The notes below the pieces were generated by a model. The model did not search any database and was not told where the DNA came from. It worked only from the letters and a program-made list of their open reading frames with translations. Both the position numbers and the translations under genes were made by a program. Positions 9,338-17,855 of a DNA stretch of 64,000 bases are shown piece by piece. Source of the DNA: Anaerolineales bacterium (lineage in GTDB: Bacteria > Chloroflexota > Anaerolineae > Anaerolineales > E44-bin32); the NCBI GenBank assembly GCA_004376895.1, contig SOIH01000236.1, forward strand, positions 6,452 through 70,451, given 5' to 3'. Numbering within the stretch: the stretch's first letter is position 1; every line of letters starts with the position of its first letter.

Positions 9338-9529
9338 AGAGAAGATAAGGACTATGTTGCGCATTGGGGTGCTGGTCATTTTGGGTGGGCTGGTCATGGA
9401 TGTTTGCTAGGGGGGGAGGAGCGTGTGGTCAATAGAAAGGATGAGTTGGTTCGAACGAGCGTGAGAAAAGAATTAAAGGTGCACATGTGATCTTGAAGGA
9501 TCAATGTATATGGAAAGTGGAGACCCGGG

Positions 9530-10081
9530 ATGAATGACGATCAAAACAGTATGGAGATACTCGATCAACTTGATGCTGGTCAGATTGATGCCAGTGAAGC
9601 TGCCCACCGGCTTTCTGAGGAGGGAGAACAACATAAGCAGAAGGCTGAAGTTCCAAATCTTCCTAAGCGCTGGCGAAATTGGTGGGTGATCCCATTCTCC
9701 ATTGGGTTCGCAATGGGTGTCACGGGGTGGGGTCTTAGCCAGTTAGGTGGGTGGTGGTGGGTCTGCGCAGGACCATTAATGGTGCTTGGTGCCATCGCTA
9801 TGATCTTATCCGTAGCCACGTATCGGTCTCCTTGGGTTCATATCCGCGTAAAAACTGGAGAAGACAAATGGCCACGCAGGATTGCGATCAGCCTGCCGAT
9901 TCCTCTTAGTCTCACCGCACGCATTTTAAGATGGCGGGGTCTGTTCAATGGCGGTTTGGACGAGACCGCGCTCGACGATCTGATACTTGCGCTCGAAGGA
10001 AATCTATCAACCGACGAGCCTATCTATATTGAAGTTGATGAGGGTGGGTCGGGTGAACACATTGAAGTTTATCTGGGTTAG
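9530..10081 (+). CDS. Membrane protein: N-terminal SHOCT-like motif, 2 TM helices, YvlB-N-like C-terminal domain
   Basis: MEILDQLDAGQIDASEAAHRLSE, two Trp/Gly-rich TM segments, and a C-terminus WVHIRV...ISLPIPL...GEHIEVYLG that is paralogous to the next gene. Confidence 0.65.
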   Translation: MNDDQNSMEILDQLDAGQIDASEAAHRLSEEGEQHKQKAEVPNLPKRWRNWWVIPFSIGFAMGVTGWGLSQLGGWWWVCAGPLMVLGAIAMILSVATYRSPWVHIRVKTGEDKWPRRIAISLPIPLSLTARILRWRGLFNGGLDETALDDLILALEGNLSTDEPIYIEVDEGGSGEHIEVYLG

Positions 10082-10098
10082 ATGAGGAGGCATATGAG

Positions 10099-10470
10099 AT
10101 GTCATCTAAAGAGCGTCTAAAAATCCTGAAGATGATCGACGAAGGAAAGATCACGGCGGAAGAAGGCACGCAATTGCTCGGAGCCTTGAAGAAACAGAAG
10201 CAGCAAAGGAGCGGCGCCACTAAAGGGGGAGCGCGTTGGTTACGTATTCGAGTTAGTGACCTGAACTCTGGGAAAGAGACAGTACGGGTTAACCTTCCAA
10301 TAGGCTTGGTTAATATTGGCATGAAGATGGGTGCTCGGTTCGTCCCGGAGATTGAGGGAGAGGCTGTTATGGAGGATCTAGCCGAAGCGCTGACTCAGGG
10401 GATGTCCGGAAAAATCATCGATATCGTGGATGAAGCAGATGGCGAACGTGTCGAGATCTTTATCGAGTAA
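10099..10470 (+). CDS. SHOCT-like motif + YvlB-N-like domain protein (soluble paralog of the previous gene)
   Basis: SKERLKILKMIDEGKITAEEGTQLLGALKK, then WLRIRV...VNLPIGL...GERVEIFIE. GAGGAGG RBS. Confidence 0.65.
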   Translation: MSSKERLKILKMIDEGKITAEEGTQLLGALKKQKQQRSGATKGGARWLRIRVSDLNSGKETVRVNLPIGLVNIGMKMGARFVPEIEGEAVMEDLAEALTQGMSGKIIDIVDEADGERVEIFIE

Positions 10471-10565
10471 GTAGAGCCTCCTCGACCTGAACTCAAATGC
10501 ATTCGAGGTGAATCCGAGCCCTGATAATCGGTGGAAACTAGTTATGGTATGATCCCCATGGGAGG

Positions 10566-10958
10566 GTGGTAGTGGATAAATTTGGCTTACGTCTGGCAAT
10601 TAACGCACTGGCACTTTACCTTGCTGTGGGCACCGGCTGGATCCCTTACATAAGGGCAGAGAGCACCCAATGGTGGGCATATTTAATCATGGCGTTGATC
10701 TTCGCAGCTGTCAACGCGGTGCTCGGACCCCTGCTTAAGCTGTTGACGTGCCCGCTGATTCTTCTTTCGCTGGGATTGTTCACACTGGTCATCAACACAT
10801 TGCTTTTCTACGTGACGGGATGGCTTGGCAGTTTGATCGGCAGTGGCTTCGGCTTCGAAATCGAAAAAGTCTGGGCAGGTTTTCTGGGTGCGTTGCTGGT
10901 AGGGATCGTCAATACAGTCCTCACACTGATTTTCCGGAAGGAACTAAAAACAGCGTAA
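10566..10958 (+). CDS. DUF360 / phage-holin-family-4-like (YvlD-like) membrane protein
   Basis: Four hydrophobic segments. AVNAVLGPLLKLLTCPLILLSLGLFTLVINTLLF matches the YvlD/DUF360 core pattern. GGGAGGG RBS precedes the GTG. Confidence 0.65.
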   Translation: MVVDKFGLRLAINALALYLAVGTGWIPYIRAESTQWWAYLIMALIFAAVNAVLGPLLKLLTCPLILLSLGLFTLVINTLLFYVTGWLGSLIGSGFGFEIEKVWAGFLGALLVGIVNTVLTLIFRKELKTA

Positions 10959-10993
10959 CATTAAATTCGTCAATATTGGACAAATCATTTATT

Positions 10994-11023
10994 GCGCGCC
11001 ACCATAATGGCGCGTTTTCTTTA
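10994..11023 (+). terminator. Rho-independent terminator after the DUF360 gene
   Basis: Stem CGCGCCA (10995-11001) pairs with TGGCGCG (11008-11014), loop CCATAA, then TTTTCTTT. Confidence 0.75.
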
Positions 11024-11274
11024 ATGGCAAAATAATCACGCGATTATTTTCGGAGCTTGCAGAGGGTGAATCGTGGGATGATGGGCGGCGAGGAGAATCC
11101 CACGTGTAACTATTCTCAGGGAGTCAGCATGTAAACGCTGGTTACTTGTGTTTTATTTAACTTGAGATCATGAGCTTAAATCGCCCTGTATGGCTTGATT
11201 AGGAGGTGCCTCAAAACTTGTAGACATATTCACTGCGATAATCGGAACTTATGTAATGTAGTTTCAAGCTGTAA

Positions 11275-11288
11275 TGCTATGCTATACT
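11275..11288 (+). promoter_or_regulatory. Extended -10 (TGCTATGCTATACT) 8 nt before the thrC ATG
   Basis: TATACT at 11283-11288, ATG at 11297. The intervening CAAAAAAC has no SD. Confidence 0.4.
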
Positions 11289-11296
11289 CAAAAAAC

Positions 11297-12460
11297 ATGA
11301 GTGAACTGGCGAGTTTGGAGTGCCCTGAATGCGGGATGCTTTTTAATCATGAGCAGCTTCAAACCATATGCATCAAATGTGATTCGCCGCTGCTCTGCCG
11401 CTACGACTTGGCAGATTTCGCTGACAGCTTAGACAAAGAGCTGATTTCAAGCCGCCCTAGAGGCCTGTGGCGCTGGCATGAACTGCTTCCGGTACATAAC
11501 CATGATTTTTGTCTTACGCTGGGCGAAGGCGATACGCCCCTTCTGCCTGTACCTCGGATCGCAGCTGAATTGGGGCTCGGGGCGGTATTTGTTAAAGACG
11601 AAGGGAGCAACCCCACCGGCACATTTAAAGCTCGAGGGCTTGCGGTTGCAGTCTCGCGAGCCAAGGAACTCGGGGCTAAGGCGCTCTCGATCCCGACCGC
11701 TGGCAACGCTGGAGGCGCTTTGGCAGCTTATGCCGCACGCGCTGATCTGGAAGCGCATGTCTTTATGCCCGCGGATGCGCCTCTGGTGTATCAGGCCGAG
11801 GTTGCTGTACACGGCGGGGAATTGTATCTTGTTGATGGTTTGATCGATGAGGCGGGTAGGCAAGCCGCAATGAAGACCGAGGAGAACGGTTGGTTTGGGA
11901 TCTCGACCTTCAAGGAACCCTACCGCGTTGAGGGTAAAAAAACGATGGGGTTTGAGTTAGCGGAAGCCTTCAATTGGGAGCTACCAGAAGTCATTGTATA
12001 TCCCACAGGCGGCGGTACGGGGTTGGTTGGGATGTGGAAGGCATTTTCTGAGATGGAGACGATGGGCTGGATCGGTGCGGATAGACCGCGGATGGTGTGT
12101 GTTCAGCCTGAAGGCTGCGCACCTGTCGTGAAATCGCTCGAGAAAGGAGAGTCGCGTATCTCACCTTGGGAAAAAGCAGAGACGGCAGCACATGGGATAC
12201 GGGTCCCTCAAGTCTATGCCGATCGATTGGTGCTGAGCGCAATTCGTGAAAGCGGCGGCACAGGAATTGCTGTAACTGATGATGAGTTCATTCAAGCTCA
12301 AGCCGAACTGGCTCAGAAGGAAGGTATTCATACTTGCTTAGAAGGGGCGGCTACACTGGCTGGTTTACGCCGGATGGCAGCTGCCGGGGAAGTGGATCCA
12401 GCCGAACGGGTTGTCCTTTTCAATACCGGCACCGGATTGAAACAAATGAGTGTGGTGTGA
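11297..12460 (+). CDS. thrC: Threonine synthase with N-terminal zinc ribbon
   Basis: CPECG...CIKCDSPL, PLP-lysine context NPTGTFKARG, and GNAGGALAAYAA. ATG 11297 (MSELASLE) is preferred over the TTG at 11195. Confidence 0.9.
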   Translation: MSELASLECPECGMLFNHEQLQTICIKCDSPLLCRYDLADFADSLDKELISSRPRGLWRWHELLPVHNHDFCLTLGEGDTPLLPVPRIAAELGLGAVFVKDEGSNPTGTFKARGLAVAVSRAKELGAKALSIPTAGNAGGALAAYAARADLEAHVFMPADAPLVYQAEVAVHGGELYLVDGLIDEAGRQAAMKTEENGWFGISTFKEPYRVEGKKTMGFELAEAFNWELPEVIVYPTGGGTGLVGMWKAFSEMETMGWIGADRPRMVCVQPEGCAPVVKSLEKGESRISPWEKAETAAHGIRVPQVYADRLVLSAIRESGGTGIAVTDDEFIQAQAELAQKEGIHTCLEGAATLAGLRRMAAAGEVDPAERVVLFNTGTGLKQMSVV

Positions 12461-12468
12461 AGTGATCT

Positions 12469-15030
12469 GTGACTGAACGTACGAAAGCCTCGCTTGACCT
12501 CTTATACTCGATCAGCCGAGAGCTCACTGAGCAGCTCGACCTGCGTGAGCTGTTGCAGCGCGTATTGCAGCTCACACTCGAAGCAGTAAGGGCACCTGCG
12601 GGAAGTATCCTTGTGCTCGATGAGTATGGAGAGGTGACAGAAGGGGCTATCGCCTATGGGGGGAAGGTCCATGACCATTCGGCCGAACAATTACGAGATA
12701 CCTATGAACAGGGTCTGGCTGGGTGGGTGGTGGAGAACCGCCAGGCGGTGCTTGTACAAGACACATCCAAGGACAAGCGGTGGCTGCATAAACCTGATGA
12801 AAAGACAGATGGAGCTCCGCGTTCCGTGATAAGCGTGCCCTTGCTTGCAAGGGAGCATATTGTCGGTGCGTTAACGCTGGCGCGGCGCAAGCCAAATGGA
12901 TTCACTGAAGAAGACCTTGCCTTAGCAACGGCCATAGCGGATCAGGCAGGGGTCGCCGTGAGCAATGCGCATCTGTTCCGGGCGGAGCAAGAACGAAGGC
13001 GGTTTGCCTCTACGCTTCAAGAGATCGCGCGAACGATCAGTTCAACCTTGGATCCCAACAGCGTCTTCGAGCAAGTCCTCGAGCAGCTGCGCCGCGTCAT
13101 TGAGTACGATAGCGCCAGCATATTTTTAGTTAACGACGACCATTTACAGCCGGTCGCTGCGTTCGGGTTTACTGATATTAAGGAAGTGCTTAACCATTCG
13201 CTGCGGATTGATGAAGGTGGGCTGGGGGTCGAGGTATTTAAGGCTGGCAAGATCATGGTCGTCACGGATGTCCAACAAGAATCGGCATGGGTAGAGAGCG
13301 GAAGCCTTCAGGCATCAGGAATGATCAGGGGATGGATTGGCGCTCCGCTGATTGTGCGAGACCGAGTTGTAGGTGTGTTGAACGTGGACAGTCACCGTGT
13401 CGGTGCGTATGGCCTAAAGGATGCCGAATTGGTTTCTGCTTTCGCGGATCAAGCGGCAACGGCGGTTGCGAACGCCCAGCTCTATGGCGAGATTCAGAGA
13501 CGTGTCCAATCCATGACGGCGCTAACCGAGACGGCACGCTCGGTAACTGCCAGCTTGGATCTTGACGAGGTCCTGCAGCGGATAACCGAGCGCACCATGG
13601 ACAGTCTCGAAGTCGAGGCTGCATCATTGGCTTTGCTCGATGAAAAGACCGATGAGCTTGAATTCCGGGTAGCTAGTGGAAGAGGTGCTGAGCAGATTGT
13701 TGGTCTTCGCCTGATGAAGGGCCAGGGTCTGGCGGGTTGGGTTGTTGAACATAAGGAAGCTGTGTTTGTATCAGATGTGCAATCCGACCCACGATTCTAT
13801 TCAAAAGTGGATGAACTTATCGGGTATACAACTCGGGTTATGGCAAGCGTGCCGATACAGGTTCAGGATAAAATAATCGGTGTGATCGAAGCGATCAACC
13901 CACGCGGGGATGCCCTGGCGCCTGAACAGATCGAGTTACTGAGGGGGATCGCTGACCTGGCAGGTACGGCGATCGTTCGAGCACAACTTTTCAAGGAGAC
14001 TCAAGCTGCCCGTCAACGTTACGCAAGCCTGTTCGAAGACAGTATTGACACTATCCTGATCACGGACCTTGCCGGTGAAATAACCGACGCAAATAACCGC
14101 GCCGAGACAATATTAGGTTTACCGCGTAACGAGTTGCTCGGATTGGATATCTCCAATCTCCACATGATAGATAAGGATTTCTTATCTACTGATTTGAGTG
14201 AACTATCTCTTGGAGAAACGGTCTCCTACGATAGTCAAGTTATAAATGAACAGGGTGAATACTTGCCCGTTGAAGTGCATGTTAAAAGGATTGATATAGG
14301 GACGGTTTCCTTCCTTCAGTGGATCCTGCGTGATGTTACAGAACGCCTGGAGCTTGCGAAGCTACGCTCTGATCTGACTTCGATGATTTTTCATGATTTA
14401 CGCTCACCACTGGGGAATATCATTTCGAGTCTTGAAGTACTGAGAGAATCTCTAGTTGGGGACGACGAGACGATTCAATCGGTCCTCTCGATTGCTTCGC
14501 GCTCCAGCCGCCGCGCTTCACGACTGGTCGAGTCGTTGCTTGATCTCGACCGCTTGGAGACGGATCAAGCAGTTCTGAACAAATCTGAGGCCTCAATCGG
14601 AGCGTTGATTGCAGAAGCTGTAGAAGAGGTACATCCGACGGCAGAAGCGAAGGGTCAGCTGCTGCGAATGGAATTGGCCCCCGGGTTGCCCATGGTCCTT
14701 ATGGATGTGGACATGGTCCGCCGCGTGTTAATTAATCTGTTGGAAAATGCGATCAAATTCTCCCGGGGAGGCGATTTGATCCAAATTTCAGTGAGGCAAG
14801 AAGGAGATCATCTGCAAATAGCAGTTAAGGACAGCGGGGTGGGCATATCGCAGAGAGATCGGGAACGCATCTTTGAGAAGTTCACCCGCCTCGGGGGGCA
14901 GGAACGCCCCAAGGGTCTTGGACTTGGCTTGGCTTTCTGCCGCTTGGCTGTGGAGGCACATGAAGGTCGGATCTGGGTTGAGAGCGAAGAAGGGAAGGGT
15001 TCGACATTTGCCTTTACGCTCCCGGTATAA
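12469..15030 (+). CDS. Multi-sensor histidine kinase (3x GAF, PAS, HisKA, HATPase_c)
   Basis: Repeated GAF-like blocks (GLAGWVV...), PAS-like region (DTILITDLAGEITDANNRAETILG), H-box HDLRSPL, and G-boxes GLGLAFC / GKGSTFAFTLP. Confidence 0.85.
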   Translation: MTERTKASLDLLYSISRELTEQLDLRELLQRVLQLTLEAVRAPAGSILVLDEYGEVTEGAIAYGGKVHDHSAEQLRDTYEQGLAGWVVENRQAVLVQDTSKDKRWLHKPDEKTDGAPRSVISVPLLAREHIVGALTLARRKPNGFTEEDLALATAIADQAGVAVSNAHLFRAEQERRRFASTLQEIARTISSTLDPNSVFEQVLEQLRRVIEYDSASIFLVNDDHLQPVAAFGFTDIKEVLNHSLRIDEGGLGVEVFKAGKIMVVTDVQQESAWVESGSLQASGMIRGWIGAPLIVRDRVVGVLNVDSHRVGAYGLKDAELVSAFADQAATAVANAQLYGEIQRRVQSMTALTETARSVTASLDLDEVLQRITERTMDSLEVEAASLALLDEKTDELEFRVASGRGAEQIVGLRLMKGQGLAGWVVEHKEAVFVSDVQSDPRFYSKVDELIGYTTRVMASVPIQVQDKIIGVIEAINPRGDALAPEQIELLRGIADLAGTAIVRAQLFKETQAARQRYASLFEDSIDTILITDLAGEITDANNRAETILGLPRNELLGLDISNLHMIDKDFLSTDLSELSLGETVSYDSQVINEQGEYLPVEVHVKRIDIGTVSFLQWILRDVTERLELAKLRSDLTSMIFHDLRSPLGNIISSLEVLRESLVGDDETIQSVLSIASRSSRRASRLVESLLDLDRLETDQAVLNKSEASIGALIAEAVEEVHPTAEAKGQLLRMELAPGLPMVLMDVDMVRRVLINLLENAIKFSRGGDLIQISVRQEGDHLQIAVKDSGVGISQRDRERIFEKFTRLGGQERPKGLGLGLAFCRLAVEAHEGRIWVESEEGKGSTFAFTLPV

Positions 15031-15062
15031 TGATCCCCGCAACCGAAGAGTAGGGAGCCTGC

Positions 15063-15899
15063 ATGCAAAAGATAGCCACAAATGTTTATCTTGAAAACAA
15101 GTATATCGGTGTGAACCTGGGCTTGGTGATCACAGGGGAAGGGCTCTTGCTCGTCGATTCACCTCTCCATACCGAAGAGGTGAACGAATGGTTTAAAGTA
15201 GTAAGCGAGCGTGGACAGCCCAAATTTCTTATCTTGCTTGATTCTCACCCTGACCGTGTGTTAGGGTCGCGAACCTTGAAATTGCCAGCCATTGCGCAAG
15301 ACCAGACCCTTAAAACCATCCGCGAATGGGCGGATACCTTCAAGGGCAATGCGCATCCGATAGGGGCTGAAGCAGATCAATTGAAAAGAATTACCGGGGT
15401 GAACAATGCCATTCCAGAGATAACCTTCTCCGAGAGAATGGTCATCCACATGGGAGGAAAGGAAATTGTTTTTCTCCATCGACCCGGACCTCGCCCTGGC
15501 TCCATGTGGATGGTAATTCCAGATTTATCCGTCGTTTTTGTTGGGGATACTGTCACAATTGATGAGCCTCCCTATTTTGGAGTCTCAGATATTGAAGCAT
15601 GGCTGAATAGCTTGGATGAACTGCGCGGTTCCGATATGAAATCGTACACTCTGATCTCGTCTTGCGGGGGGCGAATCAATCGCAAGGACATCAACCATAT
15701 GGCTCGTTTTCTGAGAAAGGTGCAGAGTCGAGTCGAGAAGCTGGATGATGAAAAGAACCGCGATGAGGAGATAGAGCGCTTGGCGATAGATCTCATGGGA
15801 GATTTCAGCATTCGGTCCATACAAGAAGATTTGATACTCAAGCGTTTGAAAACCGGACTGCTGGACCAAAGTTTGCTGCAGTTCCCTGATGGCACTTAG
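15063..15899 (+). CDS. MBL-fold metallo-hydrolase-like protein (degenerate HxHxDH)
   Basis: Beta-lactamase-fold pattern (NLGLVITGEGLLLVDSP...LLDSHPDRVLG). The metal motif looks degenerate. Confidence 0.6.
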   Translation: MQKIATNVYLENKYIGVNLGLVITGEGLLLVDSPLHTEEVNEWFKVVSERGQPKFLILLDSHPDRVLGSRTLKLPAIAQDQTLKTIREWADTFKGNAHPIGAEADQLKRITGVNNAIPEITFSERMVIHMGGKEIVFLHRPGPRPGSMWMVIPDLSVVFVGDTVTIDEPPYFGVSDIEAWLNSLDELRGSDMKSYTLISSCGGRINRKDINHMARFLRKVQSRVEKLDDEKNRDEEIERLAIDLMGDFSIRSIQEDLILKRLKTGLLDQSLLQFPDGT

Positions 15900-15957
15900 A
15901 TGGATGAAGCGCATCACATAATTTGCGTTGGCAAAATACCCGGAAGTACTGCAATCG

Positions 15958-17013
15958 ATGAGTGACAAACCGATGGTGGATATCTCGCGGGGTGGGATCG
16001 TCGAGTCATCCCACCAGGTTGTAGCAGCCGTGGCGAATGTACACGGTGAAGTTCTGGCTGCGTGGGGAAACGCAGATCTCGTTACCTTTCTCCGCTCAAG
16101 CACCAAGCCATTTCAGGGAATGCCCCTCGTTGAGAGTGGGGCTGCGGTTCATTTCGGTCTCAGCGAACAGGAATTGGCGATTGCGTGTGCCTCGCATGCC
16201 GGCACCGATGAGCACATCGAAGTCACCAATTCGATCCTACGAAAAATCGGACTCAGCGAGGCGGACCTACGGTGCGGCACTCATACCCCTTACGATACTA
16301 GGACTTCCAAGAAGTTGATAATGGCCGGCGAAAAGCCTTCGCCAATTCGCCACAATTGCTCTGGGAAGCATGCTGGGATGCTGGTCATGGCACGCTATCT
16401 TGATACGCCGACAAAGACTTACCTGGAACCTGATCACCCTGTCCAGCAGCAGATCTTGCACAACTTTGCAGAAATGGTCTCGATGGCCACTGATGACATT
16501 ATTGTTGGGATCGACGGTTGTTCGGCGCCAAATTTTGCCGTGCCAATCCGGAACGCTGCGACTGCTTATGCCCGCTTGATGGATCCAGGGCAGTTCTCAA
16601 CAGAGAGAGCGGATAGTTGCAGAGCGATCGTGAGTGCGATGACTGCCTATCCCGAGATGGTCTCGGGTGAAGGGCGTTTTGACACGCTTCTCATGCAGGT
16701 GACTTCCGCTCAACTGCTCTCGAAAGGTGGTGCGGAGGGTTTTCGAGGGATTGGGATTCCGCCCAATTCTCTTCGCCCTGGATCTCCCGCGTTGGGCGTT
16801 GCGCTTAAAGTGCTCGATGGAGATTTGGGAGATCGTGCGGGGTCGGTCGCCACAATCGCAGTGCTCGAGGCGCTGGGCGTTCTGCCAGCAGAAGAGCGTC
16901 AGCATCTTAAACAATTTGACTCTCGACCGATACTAAATCAGAGCGGTCTACGTGTAGGGGAGATCCGATCACCCCAAACAGCTCGGGACGATTTTAATCT
17001 GACAAATGAATGA
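15958..17013 (+). CDS. Asparaginase II family protein
   Basis: GGIVESSHQVVAAV...FLRSSTKPFQ...CASHAGTDEH...NCSGKHAGML are typical of the asparaginase II family. Start could instead be the TTG at 15928. Confidence 0.8.
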   Translation: MSDKPMVDISRGGIVESSHQVVAAVANVHGEVLAAWGNADLVTFLRSSTKPFQGMPLVESGAAVHFGLSEQELAIACASHAGTDEHIEVTNSILRKIGLSEADLRCGTHTPYDTRTSKKLIMAGEKPSPIRHNCSGKHAGMLVMARYLDTPTKTYLEPDHPVQQQILHNFAEMVSMATDDIIVGIDGCSAPNFAVPIRNAATAYARLMDPGQFSTERADSCRAIVSAMTAYPEMVSGEGRFDTLLMQVTSAQLLSKGGAEGFRGIGIPPNSLRPGSPALGVALKVLDGDLGDRAGSVATIAVLEALGVLPAEERQHLKQFDSRPILNQSGLRVGEIRSPQTARDDFNLTNE

Positions 17014-17728
17014 GCATGATTCGTTCTACCGAATTGCTAGCGATCTACTGGGTGTAAACCTCACTCCCCATCAGATCGAGGCTTTTCAGTGGTATGCGAA
17101 CGAACTCCGCAGTTGGAACCAACGCTACAATCTAACCGCGATTACAGATCCTGACGAAATCTATATCAAGCACTTCGTTGATTCATTGTCGTGTCTTCAA
17201 GTTGAGCGATTCCGTCCGCCGGGGAACATAATCGATGTCGGGACCGGCGCAGGCTTCCCGGGCATCCCACTCAAGATTGTTTATCCTCAATTCCAGATGA
17301 CGCTTGTAGAGTCTATCGGAAAAAAGATGGAGTTCTGCCGTCACGTGATCAGCTCGCTTGGCTTGGAGGGCGTCGATTTTGTCCAAGCCCGGGCGGAACA
17401 CTTAGGAAAGAATGTAGCACATCGAGAGCGATACGATTGGGCAATTGCCAGGGCGGTAGCAATCCTGCCAGTCTTATTGGAATATCTCCTGCCTTTCATA
17501 AAATTGGGAGGAGGAGCCATCGTTCAAAAGGGAGAAACGGGTCCCGCTGAAGCGCATTCAGCGGAGAAAGCGCTGAGCATCCTTGGGGGAGAGATCAAGC
17601 AGGTTCTACCTGTTGAGCTCCCGCGAGTTACGGAAGATCGTTATTTAATTGTGGTCGAGAAGGTCGCCTGCACTCCGGAGAAATACCCCCGCAAACCGGG
17701 GATCCCAGCGAAGCGGCCGCTCAACTAG
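17006..17728 (+). CDS. rsmG: 16S rRNA (guanine527-N7)-methyltransferase RsmG
   Basis: WNQRYNLTAITDPDEIYIKHFVDSL...IIDVGTGAGFPGIPLKI. Overlaps the upstream stop (ATGAATGA). Confidence 0.9.
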   Translation: MNEHDSFYRIASDLLGVNLTPHQIEAFQWYANELRSWNQRYNLTAITDPDEIYIKHFVDSLSCLQVERFRPPGNIIDVGTGAGFPGIPLKIVYPQFQMTLVESIGKKMEFCRHVISSLGLEGVDFVQARAEHLGKNVAHRERYDWAIARAVAILPVLLEYLLPFIKLGGGAIVQKGETGPAEAHSAEKALSILGGEIKQVLPVELPRVTEDRYLIVVEKVACTPEKYPRKPGIPAKRPLN

Positions 17729-17855
17729 TTCACAATCCATTCGACTGCGATAGTTATCTAAAGCGGCGCTGGTTATTTTTTCCTAAAGGTTATTAACTAG
17801 CGCTTTTACTGTATTGACGATCAACTTGTTTGGGAAAGTGTCTCAATGCTGGGGT

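Noticed and set aside
9448-9456. GGTTCGAAC, a T-loop-like string that could indicate a tRNA.
   Set aside because: No acceptor, D or anticodon stems can be drawn around it. I found no other T-loop/cloverleaf candidates and no rRNA-like sequence anywhere in the window.
17729-17855. Possible terminator between the convergent rsmG and recF genes (AGCGGCGCT, GGTTATT direct repeat, AGCGCT palindrome followed by TTTT).
   Set aside because: The stems are only 3-4 bp with loops that are too small. No hairpin here meets even relaxed intrinsic-terminator criteria.
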